Part shown: piece after piece, positions 9,791 through 16,668 of the stretch
Layout of the letters: each line of letters begins with the position of its first letter
Position numbering within the stretch: position 1 is the stretch's first letter
Origin: Oribacterium sp. oral taxon 078 str. F0262
Lineage (GTDB): Bacteria; Bacillota; Clostridia; Lachnospirales; Lachnospiraceae
Assembly (NCBI RefSeq): GCF_000160135.1
Contig: NZ_GG729933.1
Location: forward strand, 800,311-824,310
Direction of reading: 5' to 3'
DNA length: 24,000 nt
Notes under the pieces: model-generated
Told to the model about the DNA's origin: nothing
Database searches by the model: none
What the model saw: the letters and a program-made list of their open reading frames with translations, nothing else
Position numbers and translations under genes: made by a program

Positions 9791-10139
9791 ATAAAACGAA
9801 CGAATAACCGTTTATCGAACCTTGACAAGTGAATAAGGCGCAATCGGTTACACAGGTAACGAGCGATGCGGATCCCGCGCGAAGATGTCAATAGACGGAG
9901 CGAATAACGGGGAATTCCAAAATGAAGAAAAGGAATCTTCAATCGCAATGAAGGCCACAAATGATATTCCTTCCCAGCCACAACTTGAACGGTGAAAATC
10001 CGTCGCACGTAATGGGGGAAGCTTGGGGGAACTAATTCTCGGAGATGCTGAAAGGATGCATGTGTGATGGGAATCCTACCATCAGACCGGTTGTTGGAGA
10101 CAGTAACAAAAAACTATTTTAAGAAAGGATAAAAACTAT

Positions 10140-10340
10140 ATGAATGAAAAACTTTATTACACTGCTGCAGAAATTGCGCAGAGGATAGGCGTTGGAAGAA
10201 CAACTGCCTATGGAATCGTTAAACAAATGAATGAGGAGCTCAAGAGCCGTGGCTTCCTGGCAGTTCGAGGTAAGGTGCCTAAGGAATTCTTTGATGCAAA
10301 GTATTTCGGAGGAACAAGAGGTAAGGAGGTGAGTGCCTGA
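10140..10340 (+). CDS. Small excisionase-family HTH DNA-binding protein (Xis-like)
   Basis: It is 66 aa. YTAAEIAQRIGVGRTTAYGIVKQM is an HTH. Its TGA stop overlaps the ATG of the integrase reading frame (TGATG at 10338-10342). Confidence 0.7.
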   Translation: MNEKLYYTAAEIAQRIGVGRTTAYGIVKQMNEELKSRGFLAVRGKVPKEFFDAKYFGGTRGKEVSA

Positions 10341-11096
10341 TGGCGAGCAGTGCGAAGAGAGATCCAAACGGTACATGGCGAATTATAGATTTACTGATTG
10401 GACCGGAAAAAGCGTAAATCACAGAAACGTGGATTCAAAACCAAAAAGGAAGCGGAGGAATGGGTTGCTCACTTCAAGTATCAGCAGTCTTCAGATCCGA
10501 GTATGCCGCTTCGGGATTTTTGGAAGATTCACATGGAGGATATGGGTAAAAGACTCAAGGAAACTACCATAGAGAATAAAGAACATATATGGAGATGCAA
10601 AATTGAGCCGTATTTCGGAGATCTTCCCATAAATGAAATTACTCCGTCAAGGATTCGCCGGTGGCAGAGCGAGATGATTGAAAAAGGTTTTAAGCTGACT
10701 TATCTGAAGTCAATCAACAGCCAGCTCTCAGCAGTTATGAATTACGCGGTGAGATTTTATGACCTTCGTTCTAATCCTTGTTTGAAAGCGGGGAGCATGG
10801 GTAAGGGAAGAGCGGACGAAAGACCATACTAGACCTTGGAAGAATTCAATAAATTCAGTGATGCCATAAGTAATAAACACGAAGCATGGATGGGATTTCA
10901 GATTCTGTTTTGGACGGGGATCAGGGTTGGAGAGCTTCTGGCTTTGAAAGTGGAAGATATTGATCTTGAAGCCAGACTCATCAGAATTGATGAGTCGTAC
11001 ACAAGGCTAAAGAGCAAGGATATCATATCCTCTCCGAAAACAGAGAATTCTATCAGAACCATAGTCATCCATGAAGAACTTACGGAAGAATTGTAA
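10340..11096 (+). pseudogene. Tyrosine recombinase/integrase, inactivated
   Basis: The N-terminal arm-binding region is spread over three frames: MASSAKRDPNGTWR (frame 2), NYRFTDWTGK (frame 1) and KRKSQKRGFKTKKEAEEW (frame 3, with a shift at the A5 run 10407-10411). An in-frame TAG at 10830-10832 (ERPY*TLEEFNKF) sits where this family usually has Trp. The catalytic domain stops about 60 aa after the first Arg box (WTGIRVGELLAL), and no H-x-x-R or Tyr box follows. Confidence 0.8.
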
Positions 11097-11297
11097 AGTC
11101 AGAGAGTTCACGGATTTCGTTTCCGAACATGGTCTAATGGAAGCATTTAGGAAATTTATCAGACCAAAGTCCATGAAGGAAAAACTGGAAATCGGAAAGC
11201 AAAAATCTCGTAAGATGGAGATTCAAAAGAAAAACTTAACCGTAGTAACGAATAAAAAATATGATATCGCAATATAGTAGTGGGAAAGGATTTTAAT

Positions 11298-11642
11298 ATG
11301 AATGTATATGGAGTATTAACAATATCGGAAGAATTTGAGGAGCGTGATGACCACTCTTATGAAACCTTGAAAGAGGAAGGCATATTTGGACTTAAGCTAA
11401 AGTTCAGAGGGTGGTATCGAAAGGCATTTTCGATGGGCTTAATATGTTATTTTGAAACGGTTGATGGAAAACGATGTAAATTATTTTGCTTCCGACACGC
11501 TAAGAATGGTGAGGACCAATATCGTCCGAAGCTGTGCGAGGTTGATTTTGAAAAAGTCAAAGATGGCACTTGGTGGCGCTGTGCTGTTGAGAAAAATGAG
11601 AAGGGAAATTACACCTGGGTAGCTGCAGAAACGATGGAATGA
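11298..11642 (+). CDS. Hypothetical protein (114 aa), no family recognised
   Basis: ATG 11298 follows GGGAAAGGA. The ORF ends directly at a strong terminator. It is Trp/Cys/charged-rich (RGWYRK, CKLFCFRH, GTWWRC). Confidence 0.5.
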   Translation: MNVYGVLTISEEFEERDDHSYETLKEEGIFGLKLKFRGWYRKAFSMGLICYFETVDGKRCKLFCFRHAKNGEDQYRPKLCEVDFEKVKDGTWWRCAVEKNEKGNYTWVAAETME

Positions 11643-11650
11643 TGTAAAAT

Positions 11651-11685
11651 GGGCGGGAGAGATAATTCTCCCGCCGGTTTTTTTA
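11651..11685 (+). terminator. Rho-independent terminator
   Basis: GGCGGGAGA (11652-11660) pairs with TCTCCCGCC (11667-11675) and is followed by a T-run (11678-11684). Confidence 0.75.
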
Positions 11686-11741
11686 AATTACATCATCACT
11701 TGCTTAACTACATCATTCTCTAAAATTTGACGTAGTTAACA

Positions 11742-11770
11742 TTGACAATGAGTATAATGAGTGTTATTAT
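11742..11770 (+). promoter_or_regulatory. Candidate sigma-70-type promoter of the Fic/type I R-M/kinase gene string
   Basis: TTGACA (11742-11747), a 17-nt spacer, then TATTAT (11765-11770), 59 nt upstream of the fic ATG. Confidence 0.45.
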
Positions 11771-11828
11771 TTAAATGCATCATAAAATCCGCTTATGAGT
11801 GAATTGATGTTTGAATGAGGATATTGAA

Positions 11829-12887
11829 ATGAGAAATTTTGATTACAGTAAAAAATGGGAAAAACTACTGACGCCAGAAATCGTGGCATTGCTTACGCAA
11901 ATCCACGAGTATAAAGGCGAGCAGTCACTTTTTATAGAAGCAAAGGCAGATACACTGACCCAACTTGTGGAGATTGCAAAAATCCAGAGTACTGAGTCTT
12001 CCAATAAGATTGAAGGTATTTATACTTCTGATGCCAGATTGAAAGCTCTTGTAAAGGATAAGACTACACCTAAGACAAGAAATGAGCGTGAGATTGCCGG
12101 CTACAGGGATGTGCTTAATACCATCCATGAAAATCATGATTATATTTCAATCAGACCGAATATGATTCTTCAGTTACATAGAGATTTATACAAGTTTGAA
12201 GGATATGATATCGGCAGAAAATATAAAGCTGCTGACAATATCATTGAGGAGGAAGACGAAAAGGGGAACAAGTTTGTCAGATTTAGACCGGTCCCTGCTT
12301 GGGAGACACCTGAGTCAATTGAGAACCTTTGTAATGAATTTGATAAAGCTCTCGGTTCCGGGACAATAGATCCGCTTCTTCTGATACCGATGTTCATATT
12401 GGACTTTCTTTGTATCCATCCGTTTAATGACGGTAACGGCAGAATGAGTAGATTGCTCACATTGCTGATGCTATACAGAGCCGGATACATCGTAGGGAAA
12501 TATATCAGTATCGAGCACCTGATTGAAAAGACAAAAGAATCATATTATGAATGCTTGCAGGAAAGCTCTCTTAACTGGCATGAAGACGAAAACAATTACG
12601 TTCCGTTTGTTCAGTATATGCTGGGCGTTGTAATTGCAGCATATAGAGATTTTTCTGACAGAGTACAGGTATTGGTTACAAGCGGACTTTCAAAACCGGA
12701 ACGTGTGGCTGAACTGATTAAGAACACATACGGTGAGATCACAAAGTCTCAGATTATGGAAAAGTGTCCTGATATCAGCCGTATAACGGTAGAAAGAGCA
12801 TTGTCTGAATTGTTGTCATCAGAAAGTATTATAAAGATCGGTGGCGGTAGATATACAAAATATGTTTGGAACAGAGACAAGGAATAA
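11829..12887 (+). CDS. Fic-family protein (probable AMPylase) with an N-terminal inhibitory helix and a C-terminal winged-helix-like domain
   Basis: The Fic motif HPFNDGNGRMSR is at 12417-12452. The auto-inhibition motif S-x-x-x-E-G (SNKIEG) is at 12000-12017. ATG 11829 follows GAGGA. Confidence 0.9.
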   Translation: MRNFDYSKKWEKLLTPEIVALLTQIHEYKGEQSLFIEAKADTLTQLVEIAKIQSTESSNKIEGIYTSDARLKALVKDKTTPKTRNEREIAGYRDVLNTIHENHDYISIRPNMILQLHRDLYKFEGYDIGRKYKAADNIIEEEDEKGNKFVRFRPVPAWETPESIENLCNEFDKALGSGTIDPLLLIPMFILDFLCIHPFNDGNGRMSRLLTLLMLYRAGYIVGKYISIEHLIEKTKESYYECLQESSLNWHEDENNYVPFVQYMLGVVIAAYRDFSDRVQVLVTSGLSKPERVAELIKNTYGEITKSQIMEKCPDISRITVERALSELLSSESIIKIGGGRYTKYVWNRDKE

Positions 12888-12899
12888 AGGAGAACGATA

Positions 12900-14399
12900 A
12901 TGACCGGTGAACTTGGTAATAAGATTGATAGTTTATGGGAGATTTTTTGGAACGGAGGAATCACCAATCCGCTTGATGTTGTTGAGCAGATGACATACCT
13001 CATGTTTATAAAGGATTTGGATGATACAGACAACCTTCGTGCTAAGGAAGCTGCTATGCTGGGACTTCCGTATAAGAGCATATTCGCAGATGAGGTTGAA
13101 ATCGGTGATCGAAAGATTGACGGCAATCAGCTTAAGTGGTCCACATTTCATGATTTTTCGGCACAGAGAATGTACGCGGTGGTTCAGGAGTGGGTATTTC
13201 CGTTTATTAAGAATCTTCACGGGGATAAGAACTCTGCGTACAGCAAATATATGGATGATGCAATCTTCAAGGTAAATACACCTTTGATGCTCTCCAAGAT
13301 TGTGGATGCCATGGATGAGATTTATTCCATGATGGAAGAACTTCACCAGACAGATATCCGCGGGGATGTATATGAGTATCTTCTTTCCAAGATTGCTCAG
13401 TCCGGTGTTAACGGTCAATTTAGAACGCCGAGACATATTATCCGCATGATGGTAGAGATGATGGATCCTAAGCCGACAGATTCTATTTGTGATCCTGCTT
13501 GCGGAACCTCCGGATTCCTTGTTGCCAGTGGAGATTATCTCAGAGAAAAGTACAAGAAGGAAGTTCTTCTTGATAAGCAGAACAGAAATCATTTTATGAA
13601 TGATATGTTCCACGGATATGACATGGACAGAACCATGCTTCGTATTGGGGCCATGAATATGATGACTCACGGGGTGGAGAATCCGTTTATAGAGTATCGT
13701 GACAGCTTATCGGATCAGAATCCTGATAAGGAGATGTATTCCCTTATTCTGGCAAATCCGCCTTTTAAGGGAAACCTTGACGCTGATACAGTATCAACGG
13801 ATCTTCAGAAAGTTTGCAAGACTAAGAAAACAGAGCTATTATTCCTGGCGTTGTTCGTAAGGATGCTTAAAATAGGCGGCAGATGCGCATGCATCGTACC
13901 TGACGGAGTGCTCTTTGGTTCTTCCAATGCTCATAAGGCAATCAGAAAAGAAATAGTCGAAAATCAGCGACTTGAAGCGGTGATTTCGATGCCTTCCGGC
14001 GTATTTAAACCATACGCTGGAGTTTCCACCGGAATACTTATCTTCACGAAGACCGGTCACGGTGGAACAGATGATGTATGGTTCTATGATATGACAGCGG
14101 ACGGATTCAGCCTTGATGATAAGCGAACTGAAATAAAGGATAATGACATTCAGGATATTATCAGCCGATTCAAGAATCTGGAGGCTGAAAAAGGCAGAAA
14201 ACGTACAGATAAATCCTTCATGGTATCCAAGAAGGAGATTGCTGATAATGATTATGATCTTTCAATTAATAAATATAAAGAGGTTGAGTATGTTGCTGTA
14301 GAGTACCCGCCGACATCTGAGATTATGGCAAATATTAGAGAAATCGAGAAGCAGATAGGCAAGGAAATGGACGAGCTTGAAAAGCTTCTTAATGTGTAA
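12900..14399 (+). CDS. hsdM: Type I restriction-modification system, DNA methyltransferase subunit M
   Basis: It has an HsdM N-terminal domain (LWEIFWNGGITNPLDVVEQMTYLMFIK), the AdoMet motif DPACGTSGFL and the catalytic NPPF (LILANPPFKG). The start is 12 nt after the fic stop and has an AAGGAG RBS. Confidence 0.95.
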   Translation: MTGELGNKIDSLWEIFWNGGITNPLDVVEQMTYLMFIKDLDDTDNLRAKEAAMLGLPYKSIFADEVEIGDRKIDGNQLKWSTFHDFSAQRMYAVVQEWVFPFIKNLHGDKNSAYSKYMDDAIFKVNTPLMLSKIVDAMDEIYSMMEELHQTDIRGDVYEYLLSKIAQSGVNGQFRTPRHIIRMMVEMMDPKPTDSICDPACGTSGFLVASGDYLREKYKKEVLLDKQNRNHFMNDMFHGYDMDRTMLRIGAMNMMTHGVENPFIEYRDSLSDQNPDKEMYSLILANPPFKGNLDADTVSTDLQKVCKTKKTELLFLALFVRMLKIGGRCACIVPDGVLFGSSNAHKAIRKEIVENQRLEAVISMPSGVFKPYAGVSTGILIFTKTGHGGTDDVWFYDMTADGFSLDDKRTEIKDNDIQDIISRFKNLEAEKGRKRTDKSFMVSKKEIADNDYDLSINKYKEVEYVAVEYPPTSEIMANIREIEKQIGKEMDELEKLLNV

Positions 14400-14447
14400 T
14401 AGTAGCGGTCTAATGGATAAAGAAAAATAAAGATTGTAGGGATATAT

Positions 14448-15605
14448 ATGAAAAAAAGAGCATTTACCGAGTGCGTCGAAATTGTTGGCAGCGCATGTAA
14501 GCAATATGATGGTGTAAAGAACTACATAAGTACTGGCGCTGTGGATGTGGATTATATAGTGTCGGACGAGATAGAACGATTCGAATTTGAAAATCGTCCT
14601 TCTAGAGCTAACCTTGAAGTCAATAAAGGTGATATTATTTTTGCAAAAATGCAGGGTACTAAAAAGACTCTTTTGATAGACGATGCATTATCGCAAAATA
14701 TATATTCTACTGGGTTTTGCGCGGTGAGACCAAAGGATGACGTGCTTACAGATAGATGCTTATATCATTTGGTGACAAGTGAAATGTTTTTATCTCAAAA
14801 AGATAAGAATTGCTCAGGAGCAACACAGAAAGCGATTACAAACGCCGGCCTTGAGAAAATATTCATTAGGGTTCCTGATTACCATTTACAGGAAAGGATA
14901 GCAGATGAGTTGGATAAGCTTGCTGTTATTATTTCGAAAAGGAAAAACCAGCTAATCAAACTTGATGAATTAATCAATGCGCGGTTTGTTGAGATGTTTG
15001 GAGATCCGGTAAATAATGAAAAAAAATGGTCTACAAAGGCGCTGGAGGATGCCTGCAGGTCTATTGTCGATTGTCCTCATTCCACCCCAAACTATACGTC
15101 TGAAAACACTGGATTTATGTGCATTCGAACATCGATTGTCAAAAAAAATAGAATTATGTGGGATGATATAGAATTCATACCAGAGGAAGAGTATAAACAA
15201 AGGACTCAAAGAAAAAAGCCAGAGAAGGGAGATGTCGTCTATACTCGTGAAGGCGCGATTTTAGGGATAGCTGCCATTATAGACAGGGATTGCAATGTTG
15301 CACTTGGTCAGCGATCCATGCTCGTGTCACCTGATGATAAAATTTGCACGTCAGAATTTCTATCTGTAGCAATGAATTTTGATTCTTTTTTGAATAATGC
15401 GCTTAAGGGTATGAGCGGTTCGGCGTCGCCACATATCAATGTTGGCGATATTAAAACATTTAAAATGATTATGCCCCCAGTTAAACAGCAAGAAGAATTT
15501 TCGACTTTTGTAAAACAAATTGAGAAATCAAAAAATATAGTTGGCCAGGCATTGGAGGAAACGCAAGTCTTATTTAATAGTTTGATGCAAGAATATTTTG
15601 GATAG
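14448..15605 (+). CDS. hsdS: Type I restriction-modification system, specificity subunit S (two target-recognition domains)
   Basis: It has the central conserved helix (LAVIISKRKNQLIKLDELINARFVEMFGDP) and the C-terminal conserved helix (QQEEFSTFVKQIEKSKNIVGQALEETQVLFNSLMQEYFG), and it sits after hsdM. Confidence 0.9.
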   Translation: MKKRAFTECVEIVGSACKQYDGVKNYISTGAVDVDYIVSDEIERFEFENRPSRANLEVNKGDIIFAKMQGTKKTLLIDDALSQNIYSTGFCAVRPKDDVLTDRCLYHLVTSEMFLSQKDKNCSGATQKAITNAGLEKIFIRVPDYHLQERIADELDKLAVIISKRKNQLIKLDELINARFVEMFGDPVNNEKKWSTKALEDACRSIVDCPHSTPNYTSENTGFMCIRTSIVKKNRIMWDDIEFIPEEEYKQRTQRKKPEKGDVVYTREGAILGIAAIIDRDCNVALGQRSMLVSPDDKICTSEFLSVAMNFDSFLNNALKGMSGSASPHINVGDIKTFKMIMPPVKQQEEFSTFVKQIEKSKNIVGQALEETQVLFNSLMQEYFG

Positions 15606-15613
15606 GTGAGTGT

Positions 15614-15925
15614 ATGCAGGAATATTTACCATACGTTGTTTCTGTGCTGTGTGCATTCTTATCAGGAATTTTTAGTTATGCAATAGCAAGAAAACAGGCA
15701 AAAAATGATATAAAGATCATCACTAAGCAACATGAAGTTGATTTAGAGGCATTAGAGCGCAAGCATTAGATGGAGCTTGAAAAATTGAATTTGGAACATA
15801 CGCATCAGTTGGAACTTCAACAAAAGGAATTTGAAGCGACTCTGAGTTCATCGTTGCTGACTGAAGCAATGAAAATACCAGAGATAAGACAACAGATTTC
15901 ACAAGGAATGAAGAAAGGTAAATGA
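15614..15925 (+). pseudogene. Small membrane-anchored coiled-coil ORF interrupted by an in-frame TAG (51 aa + stop + 51 aa). It is below the size cut-off of the ORF track.
   Basis: ATG 15614 lies 8 nt after the hsdS stop, behind AGGTGAG. The translation is MQEYLPYVVSVLCAFLSGIFSYAIARKQAKNDIKIITKQHEVDLEALERKH, then TAG (15767-15769), then MELEKLNLEHTHQLELQQKEFEATLSSSLLTEAMKIPEIRQQISQGMKKGK. The charged helical pattern continues across the stop. Confidence 0.45.
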
Positions 15926-15928
15926 TAG

Positions 15929-16453
15929 ATGAGTGTATCAGTTGATAGCATAGCTGAAAAGACATTTGATAATTTTAAAAAAATAACGCCAGCTTTGGTA
16001 GCTGTTGCAATTTTGGCAGGACTGCTATTGTTTCTTCCTGAAAATGTTTTGGCGCGAATGAGCCTCAATGAACTGCCGGATTTATGGAAGCAAATTATTG
16101 GAATAGTGTTCCTGCTTAGCGTAGCGCTGATTTCTACGATGGTTGTTTTTTCAGTGATTTCTCAGATTACTGAAAAAAGGAGAAATAAGCGTATTAGAGC
16201 AAATTTGAGGAAAAAATATCAGACACTAAGTCCGAAACAAAAAACTATTATTTTACAGGTTTTGAGAAGCGAAGATAAAACTATATCACTGGACAAAAAT
16301 TCTGGAGATACCATTTATTTGGTAAACAACTTGTTTTTGCACATGCCAGGGCAAGCTTTTACATTAGGATGGAATAATGAAATGATATTGACATATGTTC
16401 CTCAGCCTTGGTTGATCGAATTGTATAATGAAGAACCTGATTTGTTTAAGTAA
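15929..16453 (+). CDS. Two-TM membrane protein resembling the superinfection-exclusion protein B (SieB) family
   Basis: There are two hydrophobic spans (ITPALVAVAILAGLLLFLP and IIGIVFLLSVALISTMVVFSVI). A basic stretch follows, then a soluble tail (LSPKQKTIILQVLRSEDKTISLD...YVPQPWLIELYNEEPDLF) that matches my memory of the PF14163 architecture. The ATG comes 3 nt after the preceding TGA. Confidence 0.6.
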   Translation: MSVSVDSIAEKTFDNFKKITPALVAVAILAGLLLFLPENVLARMSLNELPDLWKQIIGIVFLLSVALISTMVVFSVISQITEKRRNKRIRANLRKKYQTLSPKQKTIILQVLRSEDKTISLDKNSGDTIYLVNNLFLHMPGQAFTLGWNNEMILTYVPQPWLIELYNEEPDLFK

Positions 16454-16483
16454 TCAGATTTGAGTCCTGGAAGGAGAGTTAGC

Positions 16484-16641
16484 ATGCCTACAAAAGCCAC
16501 CTGGCCATTATTTACATTATCTAAGAAAATGATTGGGAAGCGGATCATATTGTTCCATGAAGCAAAGGCGGCAATACTGAGATAGAGAACAGACAGGTAT
16601 TGTGTCCGACTTGTAATTCGAAAAAGAGCGACACACTGTAA
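16484..16641 (+). pseudogene. HNH endonuclease remnant
   Basis: Frame 1 reads ENDWEADHIVP-TGA(16558-16560)-SKGGNTEIENRQVLCPTCNSKKSDTL-stop, which is the D-H...N...C-x-x-C-N core of HNH. The only RBS-linked ATG (16484, after AGGAG) is in another frame. There is no upstream C-x-x-C. Confidence 0.55.
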
Positions 16642-16668
16642 AATGCTTACTGGCAAGGAGGTAGTTAC

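Noticed and set aside
9991-10001. GGTGAAAATCC, reminiscent of the conserved core of cobalamin riboswitches.
   Set aside because: The flanking GGGAA element and the B12 box (GCCACTG-like) are missing, and the downstream gene is an excisionase. The isolated 11-mer is insufficient.
9646-10008. A 120-aa minus-strand ORF in the XRE-xis intergenic region.
   Set aside because: It has a low-complexity, Phe/Leu/Arg-rich translation, no RBS, and overlaps the operator/promoter repeats. It is most likely non-coding.
10333-10832. Track ORFs 10333..10572 and 10398..10832 treated as independent genes.
   Set aside because: They are consecutive frame-shifted pieces of one integrase N-terminal domain. Together they reconstruct the arm-binding consensus.
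11071-11277. A 68-aa ORF after the truncated integrase.
   Set aside because: It has no RBS before any of its Met codons, starts inside the integrase remnant, and has a Lys-rich low-complexity sequence. It is probably junction debris. It may instead be a fragment of a lost gene.
10830-16560. The idea that the in-frame TAGs (10830 and 15767) and the in-frame TGA (16558) reflect stop-codon reassignment in the island's donor, as in recoded phages or genetic code 4.
   Set aside because: hsdS terminates at TAG (15603). The xis gene and the second small-ORF half terminate at TGA in sensible places. The integrase also carries frameshifts. Ordinary decay explains these lesions better.
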